Origin: the human T2T-CHM13v2.0 reference genome, Homo sapiens
DNA length: 64,000 bases
Reading direction: 5' to 3' (one strand)
Assembly (NCBI RefSeq): GCF_009914755.1
Contig: NC_060939.1
In this document: one piece after another, positions 46,755-59,733 of the stretch
How positions within the stretch are numbered: position 1 is the first letter of the stretch
Layout of the letters: the number at the start of each line of letters is the position of its first letter
Notes under the pieces: generated by a model
What the model was told of the DNA's origin: nothing
The model's database searches: none
What the model saw: the letters and a program-made list of their open reading frames with translations, nothing else
Translations under genes and position numbers: made by a program

Positions 46755-47372
46755 TATCAAATCCTTCAAGATTGGGTTCAGGTGCCACTGTCTCCATAAA
46801 ATCATCTGAGTCTCTCAGCTGACCCACTACCTCCCTCACCTGAGATTCCACAGCCTTGTTTTCACCTTCCACATGGGTTTCCATCTTTGATAACTGGTGC
46901 ACACGTACTCTTTCTCATGCCTCACTGAAAGGTCTGTGAGGCCTGTGCTCCTTTCTTGGGCATCTCTGTCTCCCCCTACAGCACCCAGCACAGTGGCTTG
47001 GAAGTTTCACTAGATGCTTGTAGAACAAATAGAGCAGCAGTTCTCTGGATCTGTTTTCTATTGTGTTAAAGGCAGAAGCTATATAAATGTTTCCCCAAAG
47101 TCATTTTTCTGATTCTCTAATTTAGGTTAAGTATTAAATACCTACCACATATCTGATCTTGTGTGTTCTGATTTCAAAGAAATGAAAGACACAATTGTGA
47201 TCTCATTGTGGTAACACAACATAGAAGGAACAATTAGACTATGAGACTAATATAATAAATTGCTTAATTGTACCACATTGTAAGAGGAGATCAGAAGAGG
47301 GAGAGCTGCATGTGGTCCAGGGAGGGAAGGGAGAGCTAAAAGGGAGAGTAGTTGGTTACACTAAGCTTTGAA
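46755..47372 (+). repeat. Ancient local duplication, copy B
   Basis: Shares exact blocks with copy A, e.g. ACCTCCCTCACCTGAGAT and AAGACACAATTGTGA. Confidence 0.85.
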
Positions 47373-49574
47373 GATGGGTAGGATGTGCACAGGATGGCAG
47401 CCCTACTGATGTTGCAGCCCTTGCCCTTGATGCCCTGCCCTGGGCCTGGAGCCTGCAGTGACCCATCTCCTAGAGCTGTCCTGGTTTTCTTGTTGTTGGT
47501 TATGCCTCCCAAGCAGAAATTGCAGTAGTTATTGAGAAGGGACAACCATCAGGACACTTCTTGGATTTTTGTTTCTCATAAACTGAGAAAACTGGGCTGG
47601 GCTGGCTGAGAGTCCTCCGTGACTACACCCTCCTTCTCAGCTAAGTAGGAACAAGTTTCATTACAATGCTTTCCACTTGTCAAACACAGACCTTCCTTGC
47701 CCTGATCAACTGGGATGAAAGCTCCCCACTTCTTATGGGGCCACCCACAATCTGAGGCTTTACCCTTTCCATGACACTTGGGGTATCTTGTTCAGAGTTC
47801 CCATCATCCAGCTGTTGGAAAAGTAATTCCAGTACTCAGCTGGTGGTCATAGAAACTTAACTGTCCTCAGTTCAGGGATATAAGATTCCTTTAAGCCCTT
47901 CTACCTGAGAGATTAGACTTTCATTCTCCAGAGTCTGGTCGAGGTCTGGTTTAATAGGTAAGACAGAAAGCCATGGATCCTCAGAGGTAAGTTTGTGCTT
48001 TATCTGTCAACATGAGACATGGTGAACAGTGCTGCCTGGAAACCAGTCTCAGGCCCCGGTTTTGCCCTTTCATCCAGATAAAGCAATTGCTCTGGAATAA
48101 CATGATCTGCGAGTCCAACAAACAGGCACACCCTACACTCAGCACACAGGCTGGCATTGTTAATATGGCATGCTTTATGGCTTCCCAAGAGAGCTTTGCT
48201 ATGTTTCCTACCATGGCCACCATTTTCCCTCCCCATATAAGTCTTTACATCTTCAGTGCCTAGCCCAGAACTGGCATGCAAAGACATTCTATAAATGATG
48301 CTGAATCCTGAGGGAGACACTTGGCAGATGAATGACACTAGCTAATACAGCCTTTAAAGGCACGGTGTGACACAAAGATAAACATAAATATCCTCTATTT
48401 CTTTCACAACAGTAACTTTGAAACCCCATCTTTTGGAAAAGCATTGTCTCCACTATGATGCACACGTCAATGATTCTGCTTATCAAATTCTGTTGAGCCA
48501 GCATGGAAGGAACAACTCTCTGTAGTCTATTTACCTTAAGGAGCTCAGTCACATGTCCAGCTCGCAGCCTGTTTATCAGGATGAAGGATGCTCTCTGGAG
48601 AGAGCAGACAGCAGGACAGGCCGGGCTCAGATGACAGTCTGCCCTGTGGAGATTGACTTTAATGAAGCACAGAATAAACAGGAAGATTAAGAGGGTGCAA
48701 AAATCAGTGACAAGTTCTAAGTTCACCTCTCTGTTGGAAATGAAATGTTCTCTGTACACCTGAGAGCTGTCTCTGGGCTATAGATGAGGGCATCTGTTTG
48801 GTTGCCAATGATTCCATGCTATCCAAATCAGCCTCTATGTGAGCGCAAAAAAGTTTTCTCTTAATTTACAGACGTACTTCTATGCATTTTATTTAAATCT
48901 ACCCACAAGGAAATTTTATTTAGAATGAGTAAAAATATTGGATTTATTAAAGGGTTTGAGAAAATATTTAATAGGCTAAGATGTTACCCTGACAAGCAGA
49001 GATTAAATGTTTTTAATATTGATCTTTTATAAAGTCCTTCCACATTCCTTTGTGCTGAGAAATCACGCTTTCTCAGCCATTCGTGACATAAAGGTGTAGT
49101 CAGTCCTGTAGGGATGGCTCACCTTATAAAAGAACTAAGTTCCTGGATTTAAATAAAAACAAAAACTAGTTTTCTTCACAACACAATGCTACTTGTTTAG
49201 GAACTTAATGTCATTTAGACATTTCATTGTACATTGTTTCAGTTCCTTATTTCAAATATGATTTTCAATAAATATTTAAAAATCTAAGTTACAAAATAAC
49301 CAGAGGGAATAGTCCAGAATTCACACCCATCTTTTGGAGATGACAGTTTTGTTTAGAGGATCCAAATGGAAATATTTTCTCATGTCATCATTGTATGTTT
49401 TTCAAAAACATAGATATTACTAAAGGTGATAGCAAAGTATTCATTTTATATAATAGCATATTCCTTATTATTTAATCAAACTGTGAGAACAATTCATGTG
49501 TATGTGTGGGTGTAAACATATTGAATGCTTATCGAGCATCATGTAATCCTGCTGATAGTATTGTAGCATTTGTA

Positions 49575-49588
49575 CCAGTAGATGGCAC
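49575..49588 (+). promoter_or_regulatory. CTCF motif
   Basis: CCAGTAGATGGCAC fully matches CCASYAGRKGGCRS and lies in non-repeat DNA. Confidence 0.65.
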
Positions 49589-52087
49589 TCTGATTCAAAT
49601 TGATATTCTAAGCTCCCTGTTGTCCAGCAGTATCGTTTCTTCGGTGGTAAATGGTAAGCACACTGTACTAATCTGCCGGCATGTACCCAAGTGAAAATGT
49701 GTCGTAACACAAAAGTAACTCAAAACAAGATTTGCAGACTATTTTAGGAAAGCTGACATGTACCTGGGTAGAGTGCACAGTCATAATACAGTAATCAGAA
49801 TGCCTGGATCCAGAAGGGATTCGTTGAGAACTTCTCTACTGAAGGGGCTCGTTAAGTAGACTTCATGGAATGGAATGGAAGGAACATGTGGCAGCGAGAA
49901 GCAGATATTCTAGGTAGACGTTGCCTTTAGGAAGGTAACCAGAGAAGTAGTTATGAGGAATGTGATATAGTTTGGGTCTACCTTGAGGAAGTCCTCTGAG
50001 ACAGGCTTAAAGTCAATATTTAAACTTCATACCATGAGGAGAAAGTGGAGAGGGGGCAAGAGAAACACAAGCTAAGCAAAAAATAAGCAAACAAGACATG
50101 GTCAGCCAAAGTTATGCCTGGCATCCAATTTTCACTTTTGATTATTTATCATAGTAAATAAAACTCAAATCAGCCAACTGAGCCGCCATTTTTAATTTGG
50201 GGTTGTAAATAAGTGTAAGTTGTTACATTTATATTTTACATTATGTAATTCTGGAGATAATTCAACATATCTTAGTCAAATGGAAACACTGAGTTTTCCA
50301 CCTAAATGTAGAACTCTGAACCACATGTCTCCGGCACTTCAAAAAGCCATCCACTAGTCTTTAATTTTTCGTTACCTTAATAAGTAATTTCCTAACCTTC
50401 TGGCTGTTTCGTCTGCAAATTCTGTGTATTGTTCATTTATTTTGCTTAAACTTACAATAACCGAGAGGTCACAGGGAAAGAAATGTATGTGTGATTAGGA
50501 TTTCATTTGCAATTATTTTTAGAGCATTTGAGGCAATGGAGGAGTCTTAATTGGTATACTTTCTAATGCAAATTCTAAGTTAAAGCAGGAAAGAGATGTT
50601 TTAAATAATTCAGCAGCAACTGTACCAAATGAAGAATTAGTTAAATCTCTTTAAGGTCTCAAGTACATAGTAAACCATTAATGAAAACTACGTTGTTTAA
50701 TCTACAGAAAGTGTTTTCCGTTTGCCATACGTTACCAGGACTATCACTAAAATAGTAATTTACTGTGAGGATGAGGCTTTAAAATGCTGTGCTGAGGCCC
50801 TGGGTTCTGGAACCACTGGCTAGGTCAGCACTTTGTGGTTTTAAGCAGCGATGTGCCTTGGGTAAGAACAAGAGAATGAGGTTCATTAATTCTTGAAATG
50901 CCTTAAACACAGACATTCTGTACTTTTTTGTTGTTGTTTTCTTTTTTGGAAGGGTGAAAACATCCTTAAATAGGTTTAGTACAGAGATTGGTTAGTTCTC
51001 CTCAAGAATAATAACATCTCCCTTTGAATTTCCATGACTGTTCATTGGAACAGGGCTTTGAAATTTGCTGAAGCCAGGGCTTTTATGTGGCCCCCATTCT
51101 GACCAACAGAACCAGTCTACAGATGACTAGGTGAAGTTAAGCGTGGAGTGTGGTAGAAAAGCACAGAAGAAATGGAGCTGCCATGGTGCGGATCAAACCC
51201 ATGACCGAAGTCGTGTGGGCCACTGCTCTTGAGCACAGCCAGTCACTCTGAGTTTGTCACTGCTGCTGCCATTGTATTGCAGGTTTGCTGGCCCTGGTAT
51301 TTTAAGATAGTTGGTCACATTCCTTAACTATGAAAATACATGTCCTGTTCAGGTAAGTTCATATGACTAGAGGGAGGTGCAGGGTTGTATTAAGTGGGGT
51401 GAATGGTAAAAGATTAATCTAGAATAATAGGAAAGAGGGTCACATTATGGAAAATGTTGGACACCCAGGACTTGGGTCTCATAGAAACAGGTCTGAGGCT
51501 GAGAACTTAAACACATTCTGACTTAGTCCCAGTAGTTTATTACACATTTGCCAAAGGAGTTGTAACTTAAAATTTTATTTCCAACCATAACCCACAAAAA
51601 GAATCGCATAGCCCCTAAAATATTCATGTTATTGCTGCTGCATGTTCATGCTAGAATTTGAGGTTTGCCTTCAGCTACACCTTAGCACAAAAGAAATCAT
51701 ACTAAAAATAATTGCCATAAAGGCATCAACTTGCTCATTTGCTCTCTTTCACTGTAAGACAATAAACAAATTAAATGATATCTCATTTGCCTTTATACAT
51801 TTGCATATTTAAATGTTTGGAAACTTCCCTGCTAAGGAAATTGGGCCTCATCAGACAGACTAGTAGTGGGTGAATACCTAAAAATTTCAAATGTATTAAT
51901 TCTTTCTGATTATTATTAGAAATTTTCATCGACTGTTAGACTATATCAATGGCATATTGTTGAATAAATGAAGCAGATTAACACAGCAGTATGCCATTGT
52001 GAAAAAAAAGTGATATACATGTTATATATTTATTTTCCAAATACACATAATGTGGTAATACACCCACACATAAAAACCAGTATGTCA

Positions 52088-52351
52088 GCTTTGGGAGACC
52101 GAGGTGGGAGGGTTACTTGAGGCCAGGAGTTTAAGATCAGCCTGGACAACATAGTGAGATCCTGTCTCTACAAAAAAATAAATAAATACAAAAATTGGCT
52201 GGGCATGGTGGTGCATGCCTGTAGTCCCAGCTTACTCAGGAAGCTGAGATGGGAGGATCAATTTAGCCCAGGAGTTGAATGCAGCAGTGAGCTATTATTA
52301 CCACTGTACTCCAGCCTGGGCAACAGAGCAAGAGCTCGTTGCAAACAAAGC
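52088..52351 (+). mobile_element. 5'-truncated AluJ
   Basis: TSD AAAAACCAGTA(T/A)GTCA at 52072-52087 and 52352-52367. Confidence 0.9.
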
Positions 52352-53189
52352 AAAAACCAGTAAGTCACCATCCCATGAGTACAACTCAAGTCATATTAAC
52401 ATTTAATAGCCAAACTAGAATGGCCCTGAGTCCCTCTTCTCTTTATCTGGTTTTTTAAAAAGTTCACGTCCCAAAATATTTCTGAGAGCCTCAGGAATGC
52501 TCACATGCATTAAAAAATATTAGTCGCAGGCTCAACCACCCATTAATGTGTAGCCTTCGTTTACATTTCTGGTAAATTTTATATTAGTTCACACAAAGCA
52601 TGAACTATGAAAAAAAGGGGGTTCCAATTTAAATAGCCACTTCTGCCAACCAAAGCACAGAGCTTTCTCATTTTATCTAGGCAGTAGCAGTTTGGAGGTG
52701 ATAACAAAGTATTCCCTCTCTTTGTGTTTCTCAATGTCCAAGATGTCCCAAAGTAAGGTAGTTTGATGTCCTAGTGTTCCAGTTCACAAAAGGTACACAC
52801 ATGCACACACACACACTTGCACATTCACATATACATATACACATTGCCTTTTTCCAGTCTATATACCACCCATAGAACCTAAATTGAAAGAACTTTCTTT
52901 AACTTTCTCATCCACTGTGAAGAAGCCTTCAGCCAAGCCTCACTTGCTTCTTCCTGCACTTCCACTCTTCTCACAACGACTGTAAATAAAACACATGCCT
53001 CTATAAAGGATAAGTTCTCAGCATACTTCAAATTGGATACAGAAGGTTAAAAACAACAACAAAAACGACTCCTCCCGACTTCATCCAGCCCTATGTCCAA
53101 TCTCGATTCATTGACACTCACTCAACTCTGGATCAAGATATTTTAAGTCCGAATGGCCAACTTTTGTTCAGAAAAAAAAAAAATCAAGA

Positions 53190-56100
53190 GGACTTCTGGT
53201 TTCAAATGTAGCATCAAAACAAGCTGGTTTCACTCCATTTCCTTGTCCCCCAGAGAAACCCAAAATCAAATATACAGTGCCAAGATTATCACCAACAAAG
53301 TTCCAGAACTCAAATATGAGGATGAGACAGTTCCCAGGGCCACAAAGAAGTGAAAAAACTATGAGAAGATGTTAAGAGAATCAGGCTTCCATATGTACAG
53401 CACCTGTTATGCTGCTCCCTGCCCCCCAGCACCAAGTACGCAAAAAAATTTCTCCCTGATTCATGGTTTTTTACACTGAAAAAAAAGTCAGAGTGAGGTG
53501 AACAATCAGCTTCTCCACCATCTTGGGTTCTCAGGCAGGAGATCTATCCTTGCCTCAACTCACAGGAAGCACTGACAGTACCTGAAGGGAGACTATCCCT
53601 CAGGACAGCCAGAGACAAAGGGGGAAGTGGGACTACCATTCCCAGCCCTGGAAACTTCTTTGTAACTCAACCAAAGGAGATGCCAAGTCACAGAGGTTGT
53701 TCAGCAGCATCGTGCTGTAGGAGCTCCATTCCACAGGTCCTCTGTGCAAAAGCCAGCCTTCCCACATTACTAGGATATCCCCTTTGGGACCTCCCTTATT
53801 TTAGATGGGTGGCATTCTGAATGTTTCCTAGAACCAAAGCAAACCTAGGCTTAAGGCTCAATCTAGTACTAGGTAAGCAGCAGCAACCTAGCAGGAATAA
53901 AAATTTAAAAACAAAATCAACAAGAAAATTACAAAGACTCTATAAGCAAACATATCCAATAAAAAAGAAAAAAACAAGCCAGACAGAGAAGATGGCAATA
54001 AATAATTCTTCAATGCAAAGACATAGATATACATGCACAAGAAACAATAGCAAAATGGGAATCACAACGTCCTCAGATAGGCAAAGCAAGGAATGAGTGA
54101 CTGACCCTAACAAGATGGTAATATGTGAACTCTGACCAAGAATTCAGAATAGCCATCTTAAGAAAACTGAGAAAAAAATAAAACTTAACCAAATAACACA
54201 TAAAGGGGCTTCAATTCATCTGCCAACAGACTTCTCAATAGAAACCATAGAGGCCAGTAAGAAGAGGGATGACATTTTTTAAATGCTGGAATAAAAAAAT
54301 CTGCTATGCAAGAATATTGTATCCAGCAAAGCTATCCTTCAAATATGAAAAAGTGCTAAAGTATTCCCCAAACGAAAGCTGAGAAAATTCACCAACACTA
54401 GATCTGTCTAACAAGAAATGATAAAAGGAGTTCTTCAATCTGGAAGAAGAAAAAAACACTAATGTGCAAAAGAAAACTATTTGAAGGTATAAAACCCACT
54501 GGTAAAATTAAGTACATGGACTAACCCAGCAGACTCTAATACTGTAATTATGATGTACAATCCACTCCTAAGTCTAGTGTAAAGTCTAAAAGACAAATCT
54601 ATCAAAAACAATAATGCCTACAGCAACCTGACAAGAGATAGACAAAATAAAAATATGTAAATTGATAGAAAATAAAGTCAAAATGGTTAGGGGAGAATAA
54701 AGTATAGAGGACTTTTTTCATTATTTCTTTTTTTATATTATTTTCTTCATGATCTAAGATAAGTTGGCATCTCTTTCAAATAACTTGTGATATCTATAAG
54801 ATGTTTTTTGTAAGCCTCATGGAAATCACAAAGCAAGAACCTATTATCACTTTACTAAAAATAAAAAGCAACAAATTAAAACATACTACCATAGAAAATT
54901 ACTTAACGATGAAGGAAAACAGTAAGGAAGAAAGAAAAAATAGGAGTTACAAAACAACCAGAAACAAACAACAAAATGGCAGTAGTAAGTCCTTGTTTAT
55001 CAATAATAACATTGAACATAAATGGACTCAGTTCTCCAATTAAAAGCCAAACAATGGTTGAATGGATAAAGAAACAAGACCCACTATATGCTGCCCACAA
55101 AAAACTCACTTCATCTATAAAGAGACACATAGACTGAAAGTAAAGGGGTAGAAAAAGATGTTCCATGCAACTGAAAACTATAAAAGAGCAGGTGTAGCTA
55201 TAATATCTATCAGATGAAATAAACTACAAATCAAAGACTATAAAGAGAGACAAATAAGGTCACTATAAAATGATAAAGGGGTCAATTTAGCAAGAGGATA
55301 TAACAATTATAAATATCTAGGCACTCAACACCAGAGCTCCTAGGTACATAAAGCAAGCATTAATAGATCTAAAGGGAGAGATAGACTGCAATACAATAAT
55401 AGTAGGGGACTTCAACACCCTACTCTCAGTAACGAACAGATCATCTGAGAGAAAATGAACAAAGAAACATCAGTTAGGCCTAACTGACATTTTTAGAACA
55501 TTTCCCCCAACTTCTGCAGAATGCACAATATTATCATCAGCATATGGAACATTTGCTAGACTAGATTATATCTTAGGGCACAAATCTTAAATTCAAAAAC
55601 AAAGAAATTATAACAAGTATCTTTTCTGAACACAATGGAATAAAACTAGAAATCAATAACAAGAGGAACCTTGGAAAATATACAAACACGTGGAAATTAA
55701 ACAATATGCTGCTGAACAACCACTGGGTCAATGAAGCAATTAAGAAGGAAATTTAAAAATTTCTTGAAATGAATGGAAATGGACATATAATATACAAAAA
55801 TCTAGATAAGATTAAGACTAAAAATACACAATATCAGTGAAACAAAAAGTTGGTTTTTTAAAGGTCAACAAACTCAATAAACCTTTACCTAGACTACCAA
55901 AGAAAAAAAGGGAGAAGACCCAAATCAATAAAATCAGAAGTGAAGGAGATATAACTGAGATCACAGAAATACAAATAATTGGAGATTATTATGAACAACT
56001 ATACACCAACAAATTTGAAACCCTAGAGGAAAGAGATAAATCCTTAGACACATACAACCACCAAGATTAAATCATGAAGAAGTAGAAACCTTTAACAAAC

Positions 56101-57731
56101 CAATAACAAGTAATAAGATCAAAGCCATAATAAAAAGTTCTCCATTAAAGAGAAGCCCAGAATCTAATGGCTTCACTGCTGAATTCTGTCAAACATGTAA
56201 AGAAGAATTAATACCGATCTACTCAAACTCCTTAAAAAGCATGGAAGAGGAGATAACACTTCCAAACTCATTCTACAAGGCCATCATCACCTTGATACCA
56301 AAACCAGACAAACTGAGCACAGTAGCACATGCCTGTGGTCTCAACTACTTAGGAGGCTAAGGTGAGAGGATCTCTTGAGCCCAGGAGTTTGAGTGTATCC
56401 TAGGCAACATAGTGAAACGTATCTCTTAAAAAAAAAATCAATGAACTGCACAAAGTCACAACAGAAAAAGAAAACTACAGGCCAATTACACTGATGAACA
56501 CAGATGCAAAAATTTTCAATGAAATACTAGCAAACTGAATTCAAGAACACGTTAAAAGATCATTAGCCATGATCAAGTGAGACTTCATCACAGAGATGAA
56601 GGATGTTTCAACATATGCAAATCAATAAACATGATATATCACATTAACAGAACCAGGAAGAAAAACCACATGATCATTTCAATAGATGCTGAAAAGCATT
56701 CAATAAAATTCTATTGTGATAAAACCCACACCAAATTGAGTATAGAAGGAACATACCTCAACATAATAAAAGCCATACATGACAAACCAACAGCTAACAT
56801 TGTACTGAATGGGGAAAAACTGAAAGCTTTTCCTCTAAGATATGCAACAAGACAAGGATGCCCACTGTCAGCACTTTTATTCAACATAATACTGGAAGCC
56901 TTGGAAAGAGCATTTTGTCTAAAGAAATAAAGGACATCCAAAGTTGAAAGGAAGAAGACAAATTAGCCTTGTTAGCAAATGACATAATCTTAAACTTAGA
57001 AAAACCTAAAGACTCTACTAAGAAAACTATTAGAACTGATAAATTCTGTAAGTTTGCAGGTTACAAAATCAACATACAAAAATCAATAGTACAATTGGAA
57101 AATGAAATAAAAAAAGCAATCCCATTTATAATAGCTACAAAGAACATAAAAAACCTAGAAAGCAATTTAACCAAAGAAATGAAAGATTTATGCAAGGGAA
57201 ACTACAAAAAACTTTGATGCAAGAAATTGAAGAGGATATACAAAATATGGAATGATATTTCATGCTCATGAGGTGGTAAAATTAATATTGTTAAAATGAC
57301 AATTCTATCCAAAGCAATCTATAGATTCAATGCAATTGCTATTAAATACCAATGTCATTCTTCACAGCAGAAAAAACATTCCTAAAATTTGTATGGAATC
57401 ACTAAAGTTACCAAATTAGCCAAAGCAATCCTGATCAAAAGAATAAACCTGAAGCATCACACTATCTGACCTCAAACTACACTACAAACCTATGGTAACC
57501 TAATCAGTGTGGTACTGGCACAAAGACAGATACATAGACCAATGTAATAAAAAAGAGAACCCAGATGTAAATCCATGCATTCACAGCCAACCCAGTTTTG
57601 ACAAAGGCACCAAGAACATACAGTGGGGTAGGGACAGTCTTTCAGTAAGTGGTGCTGAGAAAACTAGATGACCATATGTAGAAGAATGAAACTAGACCCC
57701 CTACTTCTCATCATATATAAAAATCAAATAA
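53190..57731 (+). mobile_element. Decayed L1MA-type element (5' UTR, ORF1 relic, ORF2 from about 54976), containing an Alu monomer at about 56312-56437
   Basis: ORF2 start MAVVSPCLSIITLN; RT-domain relic [18 protein letters not shown] (ORF at 56577); many stops and frameshifts. Confidence 0.87.
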
Positions 57732-57838
57732 AGGGGGAGTGACCAAGATGGCCGACTAGAAGCAGCTAGTGTGTGGCTCTCAGGGAGAGGAATGGAAAAG
57801 GTGAGTAAATACAGCACCTTCAACTGAAACATCCAGGT

Positions 57839-57884
57839 ATTAAAAGTAATGGCAAAAACTGCAATTACTTTTGCACCAACCTAA
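57839..57884. mobile_element. Half MADE1 (Hsmar1 MITE): one TIR plus spacer
   Basis: ATTAAAAGTAATGGCAAAAACTGCAATTACTTTTGCACCAACCTAA. Confidence 0.9.
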
Positions 57885-59388
57885 CACATGCATTGGGATT
57901 AATTAATGAAACAAATTGAACCGTGGAGAACAGAAAAGCAAGGCAGGATGACAGCCCACCTGGGAACGACATGCAGCCAAGGGAACCTCCCTCACCCAAG
58001 GAAACAGTGAGTGAATGTGCAATCCCAGGAGCCCATGCTTCTCCAACAGGTCTTTGCAACCCCCAGGTCAGGAAATACACTTGTGAACCCACTCTGCTAG
58101 GGCCCTCAGTCTGACACATAGAGGCATGTGGGGTCTTGAGAGAACAGCCTCTCAGGCACATGCAGAGACCTGGGAGCCTTAGCTACTCCAGCTTTCTGGG
58201 CTTCCCAGCAAAAGTAGCTGCAACTCCACAAAAGTGGGAGGTTAGACCCCCACACAAATCCCTAGGAAAGAGACTGAATCTAGGGCTGAGCAGCAATGGT
58301 CTCTGGGTCCCACTTCCATAGCCCCTCACAGGATAAGACCCGCTGGCTTGGAATTCCAGCCATCCACCAGTAGCAGCATTGTGCCTCCCTGGGATAGAAC
58401 TCCAAGGGACCTGGGGGAGAGGTGGGCCACCATCCTTGCTGTTTGGCCAACTTAGCTGTTTCAGCCTTCAGGCTTTGGAGTGTCCAAGATGACTAGGGGC
58501 TGAAGCAGACCCCCAGCACAGCACAGCTGCTCTACAAAGATGTGGCCAGACTACTTTTTAAAGCAGGCCCCTCATCCCGTTCATCCTCACTGGGCATCTC
58601 CAGCCACATCCTACAGATGTGTTCGGGCCGGCCACAGATCCATACCTCCCTGGGACAGAGCTCCCAGGGAGAGAGGCAGGCTTCCATTTTTGCTGTTTGT
58701 AGCCTTTACTAGTGATAACTCCAGGTACTGGAAAATCTGAGTCAACTAGGGACTGGAGCGGACCGCCAGCATACCGCAGCAGTCCTATGGAAAAGTGGTC
58801 AGTCTATTACATGGGTGCCCATTCCCATATCTCCTCACTGGGAAGGTCCTCCAGGCCTGGGCCTCCACCCACCCCCCGCAGAGCTCTCAAGCCAGTAGCA
58901 ACTCGTCAACTCCCTGGACAGAGCCTCCAGGGGCAACTGAAAGTCTCTCTGCCACTGTCTCTGCAATAGAACTGTCCTGGTCACCTTTGGACTAATGAAG
59001 GAGCAAAGACCCCAAATGCCCTATCCACACCTCCAATGAACTGCAGTCAACCCAGGGAGAGGAGGCCAGTCTGTCTTTCACAGGTCCCACATACCCTCCA
59101 CTGCTCATCACCACACAGGGAACCTGTGGCTTAGGCCCACAGCACAGATCCTCCATCCTGGGCTGATAGCACTGAGTGATTGCTGACTCACATCTCTCTG
59201 GAGTGGAGCCCCCAGAAGACAAGCAAAGTGGTGGGGCAGCAATCCAGCTAATGTGGAGCTCAGAGGCTTTGGTGAAGGAACGTCTGTAGCAGAGCATGGC
59301 CAGGGAAGGCCATCCCTCTAGGCTCAAGTTGATCCAGAAGAGACTTTAGCCTTAGGGGAACTGTCAGACCTGATCTCTGCAGGGCAGT

Positions 59389-59733
59389 TGTATTAGTCCA
59401 TTTTCATGCTGCTGATAAAGACATACCCAAGACGAGGTAATTTATAAAGAAAAAGAGGTTCAATGGACTAGGGAGGCCTCACAATCATGGCGGAAGGCAA
59501 AAGGTACATCTTACATGGTGGCAGGCAAGAAAGAATGAGAACCAAGCAAAAGGGAAAACCCCTTATAAAACCATCAGACCTCATGAGACTTATTCACTAC
59601 CATGAGAACAGTATGAGGGAAAACGACTCCATGATTCAATTGTCTCCCACAGCATCCCTCCCACAACACATGGGAATTATGGGAACTACAATTCAAGATG
59701 AGATTTGGGTGGGGAAACAGCCAAGCCATATCA
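59389..59733 (-). mobile_element. THE1 solo LTR within the L1PB 5' UTR
   Basis: TGTATTAGTCC...CCAAGCCATATCA; TSD GCAGT/GCGGT. Confidence 0.92.

Noticed and set aside
48289-48759. 156-aa ORF and neighbouring overlapping ORFs
   Set aside because: Non-ATG start, no homology I recognise and no clear exon structure.
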